From sequence record PV740454.1: 64,000 nt of DNA. One strand, given 5' to 3'. Position numbers and translations under genes: made by a program. The notes under the pieces are model-generated. The model was not told where the DNA came from and made no database searches. It was given only the letters and a program-made list of their open reading frames with translations. This document shows positions 19,120-28,620 of this stretch, in pieces. How positions within the stretch are numbered: position 1 is the stretch's first letter; the number at the start of each line of letters is the position of its first letter.

Positions 19120-20565
19120 ATGTTAGGTAACTTTGACTCATTTCTGAGTGAAAATCGCCGTCAAACTCAGGGTGGTAAAATCTACCCTAAGTTTGGTCAA
19201 GTTATTGTTGAGCTAGGCACTGCATCTACTGAGTTCAGCAACGGCAAAGGCGTTGAAACAACTATCGGCATGATGGAAAAGGCAAATGAGCTTAAATCTA
19301 TCATGGAACAAAAGCTATGTGAAGATCCAAACGTTAATCATAATATGTTTGACATGAATCTGAGTGAAAATGTAAGCACCGTCAACTTGCTTATGGAAAA
19401 CGAATTCCTAGCAATGCCAGCGCATTCACTACAGCAAGTTAAGTCGATGATCATGTGTACTGAAGCGCGCCTTCCGAGTCTTGTGATCAAAGGCGGCGAC
19501 TTGAATAAGGTTGTGACTGAAGCAACTAAGCTTGGGTACAAGCAAAAAGACATCCACGTTGTTATCCCAATGAACGAAATGAAAATCGTTCTTGCAGATT
19601 CGGATAAGTTGATCATCGAATCACTTTCATTTGATGATAAAACAGCGTCTGAAGTTCTTGCACAAGCTGCTCCGATCAATCTTGGTGACATTTACGTTAC
19701 AGTTGAAAACGTAGTAAGTGAAGCACAACTTTCAGAAATGAAAGAGATCAAGATCAAGACAGCGAATCGCGCAATGACTCTAGGGTCTCTTAATCGTCAT
19801 GTCATGGAGCACTTCGTTGTTAAAGAAGCGAAAGAAGTTTCATATGCGCGTGAAGTAGCAAAAGACACTGGTCTACCAATGCTAGAAGGGTTCAAAGCAT
19901 ACGACTTCAAGCGTAACGTCACTATGTTCGAACATGCACAAAACGTATTCACTAAAGAAATCGGACGTGCGCCGATGACTGCGACTGCATGGCAAAATCT
20001 AGTTGATGTTAAAGAAGCGTATTTCGACAACGGTTGGAAGCTAAAGCATAACAACACTAGCATTGTTCTTACAAATGCTCGTGACGCAATGCGTGCTAAT
20101 CGTGTGTGTGAAGAATATCGCGTTGAGCTATCAGAAGCTGGCTACCCACTTCTTGACATGGTAGCAATGATGGAACGCAAAGGCGTTAGACACTTCGATT
20201 GTCAGTCATTTGCTAAAGCAATGATGGAATTTGATGGTTGTGTTACACCAGAGCGTCAGACTGTGACTGCATTCGTTACTGAATCTGCCGCGAATCGTGT
20301 ATTCCACCCGCAATTTATGTCTAGTCTACGTCCAGTGACTGAAATGGTTGATAGTGTCGATGAGCTTGTACGCGCACTTGCAAATGACCAGTTCAGTGAA
20401 TTTCGTGTTTCTGAGTCGATTGCTGAGTCAATGCTAGATAAAGAAACTCTTTACAGCATGATGGAGAAAATCATCAGTGAAGGGGTTGACGTTAATATCG
20501 ATGGTAAGCTAGTTGAATTCACTGTTGCTGATACTAAATACAGCATTAAAGTTGATATTAAGTAA
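19120..20565 (+). CDS. Hypothetical 481-aa protein, candidate internal head protein
   Basis: MLGNFDSFLSE capsid-targeting-like N-terminus; KIYPKFGQVIV recalls a degenerate P-loop kinase start. Confidence 0.6.
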   Translation: MLGNFDSFLSENRRQTQGGKIYPKFGQVIVELGTASTEFSNGKGVETTIGMMEKANELKSIMEQKLCEDPNVNHNMFDMNLSENVSTVNLLMENEFLAMPAHSLQQVKSMIMCTEARLPSLVIKGGDLNKVVTEATKLGYKQKDIHVVIPMNEMKIVLADSDKLIIESLSFDDKTASEVLAQAAPINLGDIYVTVENVVSEAQLSEMKEIKIKTANRAMTLGSLNRHVMEHFVVKEAKEVSYAREVAKDTGLPMLEGFKAYDFKRNVTMFEHAQNVFTKEIGRAPMTATAWQNLVDVKEAYFDNGWKLKHNNTSIVLTNARDAMRANRVCEEYRVELSEAGYPLLDMVAMMERKGVRHFDCQSFAKAMMEFDGCVTPERQTVTAFVTESAANRVFHPQFMSSLRPVTEMVDSVDELVRALANDQFSEFRVSESIAESMLDKETLYSMMEKIISEGVDVNIDGKLVEFTVADTKYSIKVDIK

Positions 20566-20573
20566 GGTGTGGC

Positions 20574-21221
20574 ATGAAAAAATTCAATGCATTTTTGACT
20601 GAAGTTCAGAAATACAGCTCAGCGGCAACGTCTATCAAAGGTAAAGAAGTAGCAGCGTTAGTTAAATTGTTTAAGTCAGGCATGTTCGTGCCTGACGGAA
20701 CTGCACTTGACTACGGTGCGGGTAAATACGGTCGTAACGCTGAATTTTTGCGTTCTCAAGGTATTCGTACTTACGCATATGACAAGTTCAACGGTACGTC
20801 TGCTGACGGTTGGGATGCAGTTAGCTTGTCTGTACCTTCTGGTATGACATTCGACACTGGATTTACTTCATACGTTCTTAACGTTGTTCCAGAGTCTGTT
20901 GAAGCTGAAATCATTCGTGAAGTCGAGTCGTTAACAACTGGCAAAGTGTTCCACATCACTCGTGGTACTGACATTACACAAACTGTGTTCAATGTGATTT
21001 CTGGTAAATCTAAAAATGACGTGATGATGCAGTTCGTTGCTCAAGAATATCCAGAGATTTATGGTCAGATTGTCGCTAACGGCGGTACTAAAGAATTAGC
21101 TAAAGAAATTGCAACTCGTGGTGTTGTAACAGCTAAAGACAGCTTTCAACGTATTCCAGACTTATCAAAGTACGGTTACAGAAAGTCTGGTTCAGGCGCA
21201 TCTGTCGTGTGGACAAAATAA
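20574..21221 (+). CDS. Class I SAM-dependent methyltransferase with capsid-targeting-like N-terminus
   Basis: ALDYGAGKYG (motif I), AYD (II), FTSYVLNVV (IV); N-terminus MKKFNAFLTE. Confidence 0.8.
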   Translation: MKKFNAFLTEVQKYSSAATSIKGKEVAALVKLFKSGMFVPDGTALDYGAGKYGRNAEFLRSQGIRTYAYDKFNGTSADGWDAVSLSVPSGMTFDTGFTSYVLNVVPESVEAEIIREVESLTTGKVFHITRGTDITQTVFNVISGKSKNDVMMQFVAQEYPEIYGQIVANGGTKELAKEIATRGVVTAKDSFQRIPDLSKYGYRKSGSGASVVWTK

Positions 21222-21242
21222 TTTCGATTATTTTAAAGAAAA

Positions 21243-21318
21243 GGGTTGCTTCGGCAGCCCTTTTTTTGTATTATAGCTTTATCGAAACGACATCGACTAA
21301 CAAAGAGAGAACATTATG
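21243..21318 (+). promoter_or_regulatory. Terminator-promoter cassette with conserved leader (copy 2)
   Basis: GGGTTGC-TTCG-GCAGCCC-T7; TTGCTT(21246)-N17-TATTAT(21269); 52-bp leader identical to 2088..2139. Confidence 0.85.
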
Positions 21319-21585
21319 ATGATTACTGAATCAATTCGCTTAACAACTGTATGTGATATGCTAGACTGCGAAGCTACGTCTTTCGCTTTCTGGTCAAACG
21401 AGTTCATGATCTTCCCAGACGAAGACTTGACTATCAAAACTGATTATCATGCAAAAGAAGTTCTATTCATGCTCAACGAGAATTGCTTAGTTACTGTGTC
21501 ATTTGATGATACGCTAGAAACACTAGAATCGAAATTCTCTGCTGCTCTTACTGCAAGCGTAGAACAAATGAAAAAACGAGTTTAA
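21316..21585 (+). CDS. Hypothetical early protein
   Basis: Behind promoter cassette. Confidence 0.7.
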   Translation: MMITESIRLTTVCDMLDCEATSFAFWSNEFMIFPDEDLTIKTDYHAKEVLFMLNENCLVTVSFDDTLETLESKFSAALTASVEQMKKRV

Positions 21586-21632
21586 CTTATAGATTTACTG
21601 AGCTATAATTCTCAAACATTGAAGGAAATATT

Positions 21633-22094
21633 ATGATCTACATCGAAACAAGCAATATCTTATCAGATGACAATCTTGGTTTTACTATGGGTGGTGCACC
21701 AGACATCGAAAACGCTGACGAAAAAGAGCGTAATCGAGTTCTGAACAAAGCACTCGAAGTGAAGCTATACGAACGTCTCCCATCGACATCAGTACTTGAT
21801 TTCGCGCTAAATCAACGTATTCCTTTCATTGCTATTTTAAGCAAAATCAAACCTATTGCTGAGCAGCAACGTGTTTGGTTTGATGCAATTGGTAAGCACA
21901 TGAATGTTGACATTATGTTCACTGAGTTTCAAGACGTTGAACACGATGCTGACACGCTTCTAATCACTGAAGATCGCGACGAGCTTGTTGCTCATGCTAA
22001 AAAAGGTGGTAAGATTTTACCATACACGCATCTAACACAATACCCATTCATCATCGACCAACTGAAACTATCGGTCGACAATAAGGAGCAGTAA
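21633..22094 (+). CDS. Hypothetical protein (possibly degenerate HAD-like)
   Basis: GAAGG RBS; LLITEDR...KKGG resembles a HAD C-terminus. Confidence 0.6.
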   Translation: MIYIETSNILSDDNLGFTMGGAPDIENADEKERNRVLNKALEVKLYERLPSTSVLDFALNQRIPFIAILSKIKPIAEQQRVWFDAIGKHMNVDIMFTEFQDVEHDADTLLITEDRDELVAHAKKGGKILPYTHLTQYPFIIDQLKLSVDNKEQ

Positions 22095-22444
22095 TGCAAG
22101 AAACACCAGATTTACTTCAAGACGATGAGATTGTTGACGTTGTTGAAGATCAAGAAGTGCTAGACTATCTTGATGAAATGCAACTACGTCGCAAAGCTCT
22201 AATCGAGAAAGAAGCTCAGCGTCGAATCAAAAAGAATTCACGCGAGATCAAACGTCTACGAAAGCACGCTGAAAAGTGTCTAATCGAAGACAATAAAGAT
22301 GGTTACATCTATGCGATTCGTAAGCTGCGTTCGATTACTGGTCAATCCGTCGCTGACGATGTGCTTGAAACTCTTTGGAAAACTAGTCGAGATCAAGTGC
22401 TAACTATCATTCGTTCATTCGCTGAATCTAAAGCAGACATGTAA
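22094..22444 (+). CDS. T4 a-gt.4-like protein
   Basis: KKNSREIKRLRKHAE...YIYAIRKLR...LWKTSR; position between 55 and 47. Confidence 0.7.
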   Translation: MQETPDLLQDDEIVDVVEDQEVLDYLDEMQLRRKALIEKEAQRRIKKNSREIKRLRKHAEKCLIEDNKDGYIYAIRKLRSITGQSVADDVLETLWKTSRDQVLTIIRSFAESKADM

Positions 22445-22908
22445 TGGACATTAAATCAGGCGCTGGCTATCCAGCTAGTGCGCTGTCAAACTTCGCGCCA
22501 CACGCATTTACTGTGCGTGGTGTTGAGTGTGCATCAATGGAAGGGTTTCTTCAGGGACTGAAGTTCAAAAACCCAGATATGCAACGTGAAGTCTGCAAAC
22601 TTGTAGGCAAAGTTGCTAAAGCACGCGGTGCAAAGAAGAACTGGCAACGTACTCAGACACTGTATTGGCAAGGTGAGCCTATTCAACGCGCATCAATTGG
22701 CTATCAGACATTACTTGATGATGCCTACGCAGCGTTAGCTCAGAACGTCAAATTTCAAAAGGCATTGCTTGCTACTGGTAAAGCTACCCTTACTCATTCA
22801 ATCGGGCGTAAGAAGCAGGCAGAGACGGTTTTAACTGTACAAGAATTCTGTAGCCGATTGACAGAGATTCGGGATTATCTACAAAAAGATGCTAATGAAC
22901 GTAGTTAA
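22444..22908 (+). CDS. NADAR-family ADP-ribose hydrolase (T4 30.3-like)
   Basis: LSNFAPHAF...SMEGFLQGLKF...FQKALLATG. Confidence 0.8.
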   Translation: MDIKSGAGYPASALSNFAPHAFTVRGVECASMEGFLQGLKFKNPDMQREVCKLVGKVAKARGAKKNWQRTQTLYWQGEPIQRASIGYQTLLDDAYAALAQNVKFQKALLATGKATLTHSIGRKKQAETVLTVQEFCSRLTEIRDYLQKDANERS

Positions 22909-23395
22909 ATTGATGATTCGTGCGATCAATCGTGCGAAGAACACAGATAAGCCTATCGTCTATATCGACATGGACAACGTACTCGTTGACTTCCAGAGCG
23001 GTATTGATGCGCTTTCTATGTGGGAAAAGAATCAATATCAAGGTCGTTATGACGAATGCCCGGGTATTTTCACTCACATGAAGCCATTGAAAGGTGCAAT
23101 TGCTGCATTTGAAGTGTTGAACAAACACTATGATTGCTATATACTGTCAACTGCACCCTGGGATAACCCAGGGTCATGGCAAGATAAGCGACTATGGGTT
23201 GAGCGTTACTTAGGTAAAGGTGCTTATAAGCGTCTGATCTTGTCGCACAACAAACAGCTAAACTTCGGTCATTATCTCATTGATGATCGCACTAAGAATG
23301 GTGCGGGTGAGTTTATGGGCGAACACATTCACTTTGGTACCGACGAATTTCCTGACTGGCATTCTGTCGTGACCTATCTCACGAGTAAGAAATAA
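22889..23395 (+). CDS. 5'(3')-deoxyribonucleotidase, HAD family
   Basis: IVYIDMDNVLVDF; ILSTAPW; KRLWVE; YLIDDR. Confidence 0.85.
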   Translation: MLMNVVKLMIRAINRAKNTDKPIVYIDMDNVLVDFQSGIDALSMWEKNQYQGRYDECPGIFTHMKPLKGAIAAFEVLNKHYDCYILSTAPWDNPGSWQDKRLWVERYLGKGAYKRLILSHNKQLNFGHYLIDDRTKNGAGEFMGEHIHFGTDEFPDWHSVVTYLTSKK

Positions 23396-24435
23396 TGAAA
23401 CTTGCACTATTAGGTGACTTGCACATCGGCATTAAAGATGACGATCTGTGGGTTCAAGATTATCAGCGCAAATTCTTCGACTTCATGTTTTCTGAACTTG
23501 AAAAGCGCGGTATAACTGAGATCATTCAACTAGGTGACTGGTTTGATGTTCGACGCGGTGCTACTCAAGAAACGTTGATGTTTCAGCGAACGTATCTAAA
23601 CGGTATGCTAAACGGGTATAACACTCATGTACTTGTCGGTAACCACGACATGCACTTGCGTGAATGCATTGTTCCGAACACGCCGTATGAAGTTCTGAGC
23701 ATTGTACCTGATGTTGAAATCTACGAAAAGCCAAGAACTGTCAAGTTTGGTGATGTTGCGATTGATATCATCCCGTGGATTTGTAAAGAAAATGCAGTCG
23801 AAATCGACGAATTTATCAAACGAAGCGAGTCAGAATACTGTGTTGGTCACTTTGAACTAAATGGGTTTGAATTTCACAAGGGTCAGAAAGCAACTGGTTG
23901 TTTAGATGCTGGGTTCTTGAAGAAGTACAAACAAGTTTGGTCTGGTCACTTCCACACTCAATCTGAAGCAGGCAATATCAAGTATCTTGGTACTCCATAT
24001 ACATTGACACTTGCTGATGCAGATGATAAACGCGGGTTTTGGATTTTCGACACTGACACTCATGATCTTGAGTTTGTTGAAAACCCAGATTGTTGGCACA
24101 CTAAGCTGTACTTTGATGCTGAAACATTCGATCCAAAGCGAATCCCATCGTATGAAAATCGCAATGTTAAGATCATCGTTGAGCGTCGTTCAAGTGACAA
24201 ACGTGAAATCTCGTTTGATGTCGTCGAAGAGCGCATTGCACAAATTGCACATGCTTGTCAGACTCTAGACGAATTAGACATCAAAACTGACGTTGCAGAC
24301 GATATCAAGTCTATTAAAGACATAGGTGATTACGTTGAAGAATACACGAACACGCTTGATGAATCTACTGCGGTGAAAGAGCAAGTAAACGCTATTTTCT
24401 CTGCACTGCGTGCTGAAGCTATGGAGAATGCGTGA
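23395..24435 (+). CDS. 47: Recombination endonuclease subunit (Mre11/SbcD-like)
   Basis: LGDLHIG, LGDWFD, VGNHD, GHFE, SGHFH, YLGTP. Confidence 0.95.
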   Translation: MKLALLGDLHIGIKDDDLWVQDYQRKFFDFMFSELEKRGITEIIQLGDWFDVRRGATQETLMFQRTYLNGMLNGYNTHVLVGNHDMHLRECIVPNTPYEVLSIVPDVEIYEKPRTVKFGDVAIDIIPWICKENAVEIDEFIKRSESEYCVGHFELNGFEFHKGQKATGCLDAGFLKKYKQVWSGHFHTQSEAGNIKYLGTPYTLTLADADDKRGFWIFDTDTHDLEFVENPDCWHTKLYFDAETFDPKRIPSYENRNVKIIVERRSSDKREISFDVVEERIAQIAHACQTLDELDIKTDVADDIKSIKDIGDYVEEYTNTLDESTAVKEQVNAIFSALRAEAMENA

Positions 24436-24662
24436 TGACAGAACGTGAATTGGTCAGTCCTTGTAAAATCTGCGGTAAAATGCCGTTCATTCACAAATCG
24501 CCAGTAATGGCGAATGGATGTTCATTCACTGCGTGGATTGTTGAATGTGACAATGATGACGATGATCAGCGTACACCTCCGTTTGTTGAACATAGCTTAG
24601 TCGTCTATGGTTCAACTAAAGAAGAAGCAATCGACCGATGGGATGAAATAGCAAATGATTGA
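24432..24662 (+). CDS. Small Cys-containing protein (Lar-like?)
   Basis: PCKICG...WIVEC...EAIDRW pattern. Confidence 0.45.
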   Translation: MMTERELVSPCKICGKMPFIHKSPVMANGCSFTAWIVECDNDDDDQRTPPFVEHSLVVYGSTKEEAIDRWDEIAND

Positions 24663-24852
24663 GTTAATTAGAGCGTACGTCGATCATCGAAGGGGTAATA
24701 CTGTGCTTGTTAGGAATCGTTTTAATGATGAAATTGAACTATTGACTGTGAAGGCACTATTTCTATACTCGGTATACCACTTGATGTTCACAGTTAAGGG
24801 GTGGACTATTATAGGGGTGATTATTTCAATGATTCTTCTTATTCTTGCTTAA
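24655..24852 (+). CDS. Hypothetical membrane protein
   Basis: Hydrophobic C-terminus. Confidence 0.45.
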   Translation: MIELIRAYVDHRRGNTVLVRNRFNDEIELLTVKALFLYSVYHLMFTVKGWTIIGVIISMILLILA

Positions 24853-24891
24853 CTTTGCATTTATTTCCATACATTTATAAGTGAACATTTT

Positions 24892-27129
24892 ATGATTAAA
24901 TTCAAAGATGTAACGTATAGCAATATCATGTCGGTTGGTAACACATCAATCACAGTTAAGCTAGACGAATTTAACAAGACATTGATTACTGGTGTTAATG
25001 GTGCTGGTAAATCGACGTTCATCGAAGCAGTCTGTTTTGCACTGTACGGGAAGCCATTCCGTAATATTAAGAAAACGCAGATTGTCAATGCAGTGAACAA
25101 GAAAAAGCTATTGGTTGAAATCACGTTTCAAGACAATAAGCACGTGTACAAAATCATTCGCGGAATCAAACCGAATAAGTTCGAAATCTACAAAGATGAT
25201 GAGCTAATTCCACAAGAAGCAGCGGTTGCAGATTACCAAGACATGCTTGAAAAGAGCATCTTGAAGATGAACTTGAGCACGTTTAAGCAAATCGCTGTGC
25301 TTGGTACTGCTGGTTACACGCCATTCATGCTCTTGCCTGCTGCAAAGCGTCGTGAAATCGTCGAAGATCTGCTTGATATCGGCATTTTCAGTGATATGGC
25401 AGCGTTGAACAAAGTTGCATTGAAACAACTTAATGAGAAGATCAAAGACACTGAAGCTGACATTGAACGTCGTATGGGTGAATTGAAGCTTCATGTTCAG
25501 TTCCAGAAAGAGCAGCAAGATAACCGCGACGGTGATTTGGCTCAACTTGAAACACGTAAAGCTGAAGCTGAAAAAGAGCTTGCTCCACTCGGTGAGCAAA
25601 TCGCAGAGCTTGAAAATCAGATCAGTGCTGATAGCAAGATCTTGCGCGAGTTGAAAGAAACTCTTGCTGCTGAATTAGCAGAAGCTGAAGCAGAGCAAGC
25701 AACGGTTCTGAGTGCGCTTGATGCTGAACATAAAGCAAACGTCGAACAGATTGAAGCTGGTCAAAAGGCTGATATTGATGAGCTGAAGGCGAAGCAGACT
25801 AGCGAACAAGATGCACTAGACGAATTGCATGAGCAAGAACTGCTCGACATTGACAAAGAACATAGTCAAGCGTTGATTGATTTCGATAAAGAGACTGAAG
25901 CGACTACTCCAGAAGCACCAAACGCTGACGAAGTAGCTGAATACACGTCTACTGTTCTTGGCAACAAGAAAGAAATCGCCAAGCTTAAAGAGAACAAAGA
26001 ATTCTTTGAAGCTAATGGCGACTGTGAGTGTGGAACGTGTAAGCAAACAATCTCGTCTGACTTTGCTCAGAGCGTCATTGATATGGCTGATAAGCAGATT
26101 GCAACGCTGACAGCCGAGTCGAAAGAACTTGCTGACAAGATTCGTGCTGCTCAAGCGCAATCTAAAGCTCGTAGTGAGTTTTTAAGCAATCGCACGAGCG
26201 AACGTTCAGCTTTAGACGAAAAACAGCGCACAGAGCGTTCTACGCTTGTTAAGAAGCATTCTGCTAAGCGTTCTGAAGTTGTTGATGCTCAGCGTGAAGC
26301 AATGTCGCGTTTGACATCTGTGTTTGGTGATACTCTATCGCTATTGCGTGAGACGCAATCGAAGGTTCGTTCTGATGCTGTATCTGAACATGCAGATATC
26401 AAAGCAGCACTGACGAAGAAAGGTGCTAGTGAACGAGAAGAGCTAACAGCTAACATCGGTAAAGATAAAGCTGACCTTGCTACTATCGTGACAAAAGAAG
26501 ACTCTTTGATCAAGACAATTGCTACTATCGTAGCGGATATTGAAGACGTTAAAGCGAAGGCAGCTACAGAAGATCGCACGGCATTGATCAAGAAATTGAC
26601 TGCTGATGTTAAATCGGTTAAATCTGGTATGCAAGTTGACTTGCAGACTAAGCATTGTCGCAATATCGTTGGTACGCTGTTGAAAGATGACGGCGTGAAG
26701 TCTATGATCGTTCGTCAATACATTCCGATGATCAACAAGTACATCAATGATTACTTGAAGACGATGAATGCGAACTACAACTTTGTTCTTGACGAAGAAT
26801 TCAACGAGACAATCAAATCTCGCGGACGTGATGACTTTAGTTACACGTCATTCTCTCAAGGTGAGCGTTGTCGTATCGACTTGGCGTTGCTATTTGCATT
26901 CCGCGACTTGGTAAGCGCACGTACTGGTTCAATGACCAACTTATTGGTACTTGATGAGGTATTTGATTCTGCTGCTGACACTGACGGTGTTGACTCGATT
27001 AACCAGATCTTGGGCACTATTGATGACAACGTGTTTATTATCTCACACAGTGAGAAACATGAACAAAGCATGTTCGATAAGCACATCAAATTTACGAAGA
27101 AAGGTAATTTTACCAGAGAGGTCAAATGA
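24892..27129 (+). CDS. 46: Recombination ATPase subunit (Rad50/SbcC-like)
   Basis: GVNGAGKS Walker A; long coiled coil with CGTC zinc hook; FSQGE signature; LVLDEVFD Walker B. Confidence 0.95.
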   Translation: MIKFKDVTYSNIMSVGNTSITVKLDEFNKTLITGVNGAGKSTFIEAVCFALYGKPFRNIKKTQIVNAVNKKKLLVEITFQDNKHVYKIIRGIKPNKFEIYKDDELIPQEAAVADYQDMLEKSILKMNLSTFKQIAVLGTAGYTPFMLLPAAKRREIVEDLLDIGIFSDMAALNKVALKQLNEKIKDTEADIERRMGELKLHVQFQKEQQDNRDGDLAQLETRKAEAEKELAPLGEQIAELENQISADSKILRELKETLAAELAEAEAEQATVLSALDAEHKANVEQIEAGQKADIDELKAKQTSEQDALDELHEQELLDIDKEHSQALIDFDKETEATTPEAPNADEVAEYTSTVLGNKKEIAKLKENKEFFEANGDCECGTCKQTISSDFAQSVIDMADKQIATLTAESKELADKIRAAQAQSKARSEFLSNRTSERSALDEKQRTERSTLVKKHSAKRSEVVDAQREAMSRLTSVFGDTLSLLRETQSKVRSDAVSEHADIKAALTKKGASEREELTANIGKDKADLATIVTKEDSLIKTIATIVADIEDVKAKAATEDRTALIKKLTADVKSVKSGMQVDLQTKHCRNIVGTLLKDDGVKSMIVRQYIPMINKYINDYLKTMNANYNFVLDEEFNETIKSRGRDDFSYTSFSQGERCRIDLALLFAFRDLVSARTGSMTNLLVLDEVFDSAADTDGVDSINQILGTIDDNVFIISHSEKHEQSMFDKHIKFTKKGNFTREVK

Positions 27130-27587
27130 AATTAGTTCCAATGACCGTTGATTACAGCGAAGATATTTACACTATGAGTAAGTATCTTCTGCTCAACGAA
27201 ACTCACCCAGACTGTCCAGAAACTAAGATCGGGCGCTTTATGCTCGGTCGTGCGACTGGTCATACAACTGCATTGAAGCAAACTGCTGATAGACTTCGTA
27301 AAGAAGGCTACAGAGTACTTGAAGTCTATTACAATACGGCAATGCTGCATACGAATCGACCGAATAATAAAGATCGACGCATTGCAATTACGTATTCGAC
27401 GCTAGTTCAAGATAGTAGCAATCTATACCGTGGCATGACTCGTGATTCTGTGCCAGATATTGTATTGTGCGACACTTATTCTATTGCTGAGCAACGCATA
27501 CGAGGTGTTCAAGAAGTCATGGATGAACTGCAATACACGTTCAGACATATTTTCAACAAACAAACTGCGTTTTTCTTCATTCAATAG
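27126..27587 (+). CDS. Hypothetical protein with P-loop-like remnant
   Basis: GRATGHTT followed by a beta strand IVLCD. Confidence 0.55.
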   Translation: MKLVPMTVDYSEDIYTMSKYLLLNETHPDCPETKIGRFMLGRATGHTTALKQTADRLRKEGYRVLEVYYNTAMLHTNRPNNKDRRIAITYSTLVQDSSNLYRGMTRDSVPDIVLCDTYSIAEQRIRGVQEVMDELQYTFRHIFNKQTAFFFIQ

Positions 27588-27644
27588 TGTTTAGAGACTT
27601 AAATAGCTGTGTTAACATAAGCACAGCTATTGAGGAAACACAAA

Positions 27645-27854
27645 ATGAACTTAGACAATCATCAATCTTTGCCAGATGTGAAACACTGGGTCATTATTGA
27701 CGGCTTCACTGGTCAAGAAAAAATACTCCCAGAAGTACAATTAATTGAAGCGTTCGGAGAAGAACGTTGGCGAAAAATAACTTCTGGTTTAGATAACTAC
27801 TTCACTGCGTACGAGTATAACTACGAATATACTGAACGCGGCTTTAAACTGTAA
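27645..27854 (+). CDS. Small protein, possibly T4 45.2-like
   Basis: GAGG RBS; position between 46 and 45; FGEERWRKI. Confidence 0.55.
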   Translation: MNLDNHQSLPDVKHWVIIDGFTGQEKILPEVQLIEAFGEERWRKITSGLDNYFTAYEYNYEYTERGFKL

Positions 27855-27887
27855 TTGAAAACTATATCATTATTTGAAGGTAAAAGA

Positions 27888-28550
27888 ATGAAACTTAACA
27901 AATCTACAATCGAAGTACTAAAGAACTTTGCAGGCATCAACAACGGTATGGTTATTCACCAAGGCGCGCGAATTCGTACTCAAGACAACTTAAACAAGCA
28001 AATCGCTTATGCTGATATCGAAGACTCGTTCCCAGTTGAATTTGCAGTTTACGATCTTGGTGAGTTCCTAAGCGCACTGAATCTACTTGACAACGCTGAG
28101 CTTGACTTTCAAGAAAAATACGTTGTTGTAACTGGTGATGGTGGCGCTGAGCTAACATTCCAATACGCAAACGCTGAGTTTGTAACTGAAGCGCCAGAGA
28201 AGTTGAACTTCCCTGAAGACTCAGACGTTGTACACTTTGACTTGAAAGGCGAAGCTCTTCAGAAAATCAAGAAAGCATCTGCGACTCTTGGTCTGTCTGA
28301 TATCTGTGTGAGCACTGCTGCTGGAAGTGATGAAATCATTCTTTCTGCGACTGATGCGCAAGGTTCAAGCAAGCACAAATTCGGTATCAATGTGGGCGAA
28401 GTTGGCAACGACGTTGAGTTTAAGTTCTTCTTCAAAGCTGAGCGTTTGAACATCGTTGATCAAGACTACAAAGTATCGATTCACCCAGCAGGCATTTCTC
28501 GCTTTACTGGTCTATCACTTGAGTACTTCATTGCTACTGAAGCACTTTAA
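27888..28550 (+). CDS. 45: Sliding clamp
   Basis: MKLNKSTIEVLKNFAGIN; FAVYDLGEFL; LEYFIATE. Confidence 0.93.
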   Translation: MKLNKSTIEVLKNFAGINNGMVIHQGARIRTQDNLNKQIAYADIEDSFPVEFAVYDLGEFLSALNLLDNAELDFQEKYVVVTGDGGAELTFQYANAEFVTEAPEKLNFPEDSDVVHFDLKGEALQKIKKASATLGLSDICVSTAAGSDEIILSATDAQGSSKHKFGINVGEVGNDVEFKFFFKAERLNIVDQDYKVSIHPAGISRFTGLSLEYFIATEAL

Positions 28551-28620
28551 TACTGTTTTTTTGTAAGTTGCGGGGCGTAACAGCCCCTTTTTTGATTATT
28601 TTATTATGGGAAACGCTTAA

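Noticed and set aside
25204-27125. Several minus-strand ORFs within gp46 (and similar ones within 39, 30, 43, rnlA, rnlB)
   Set aside because: Shadow frames of conserved genes with no motifs
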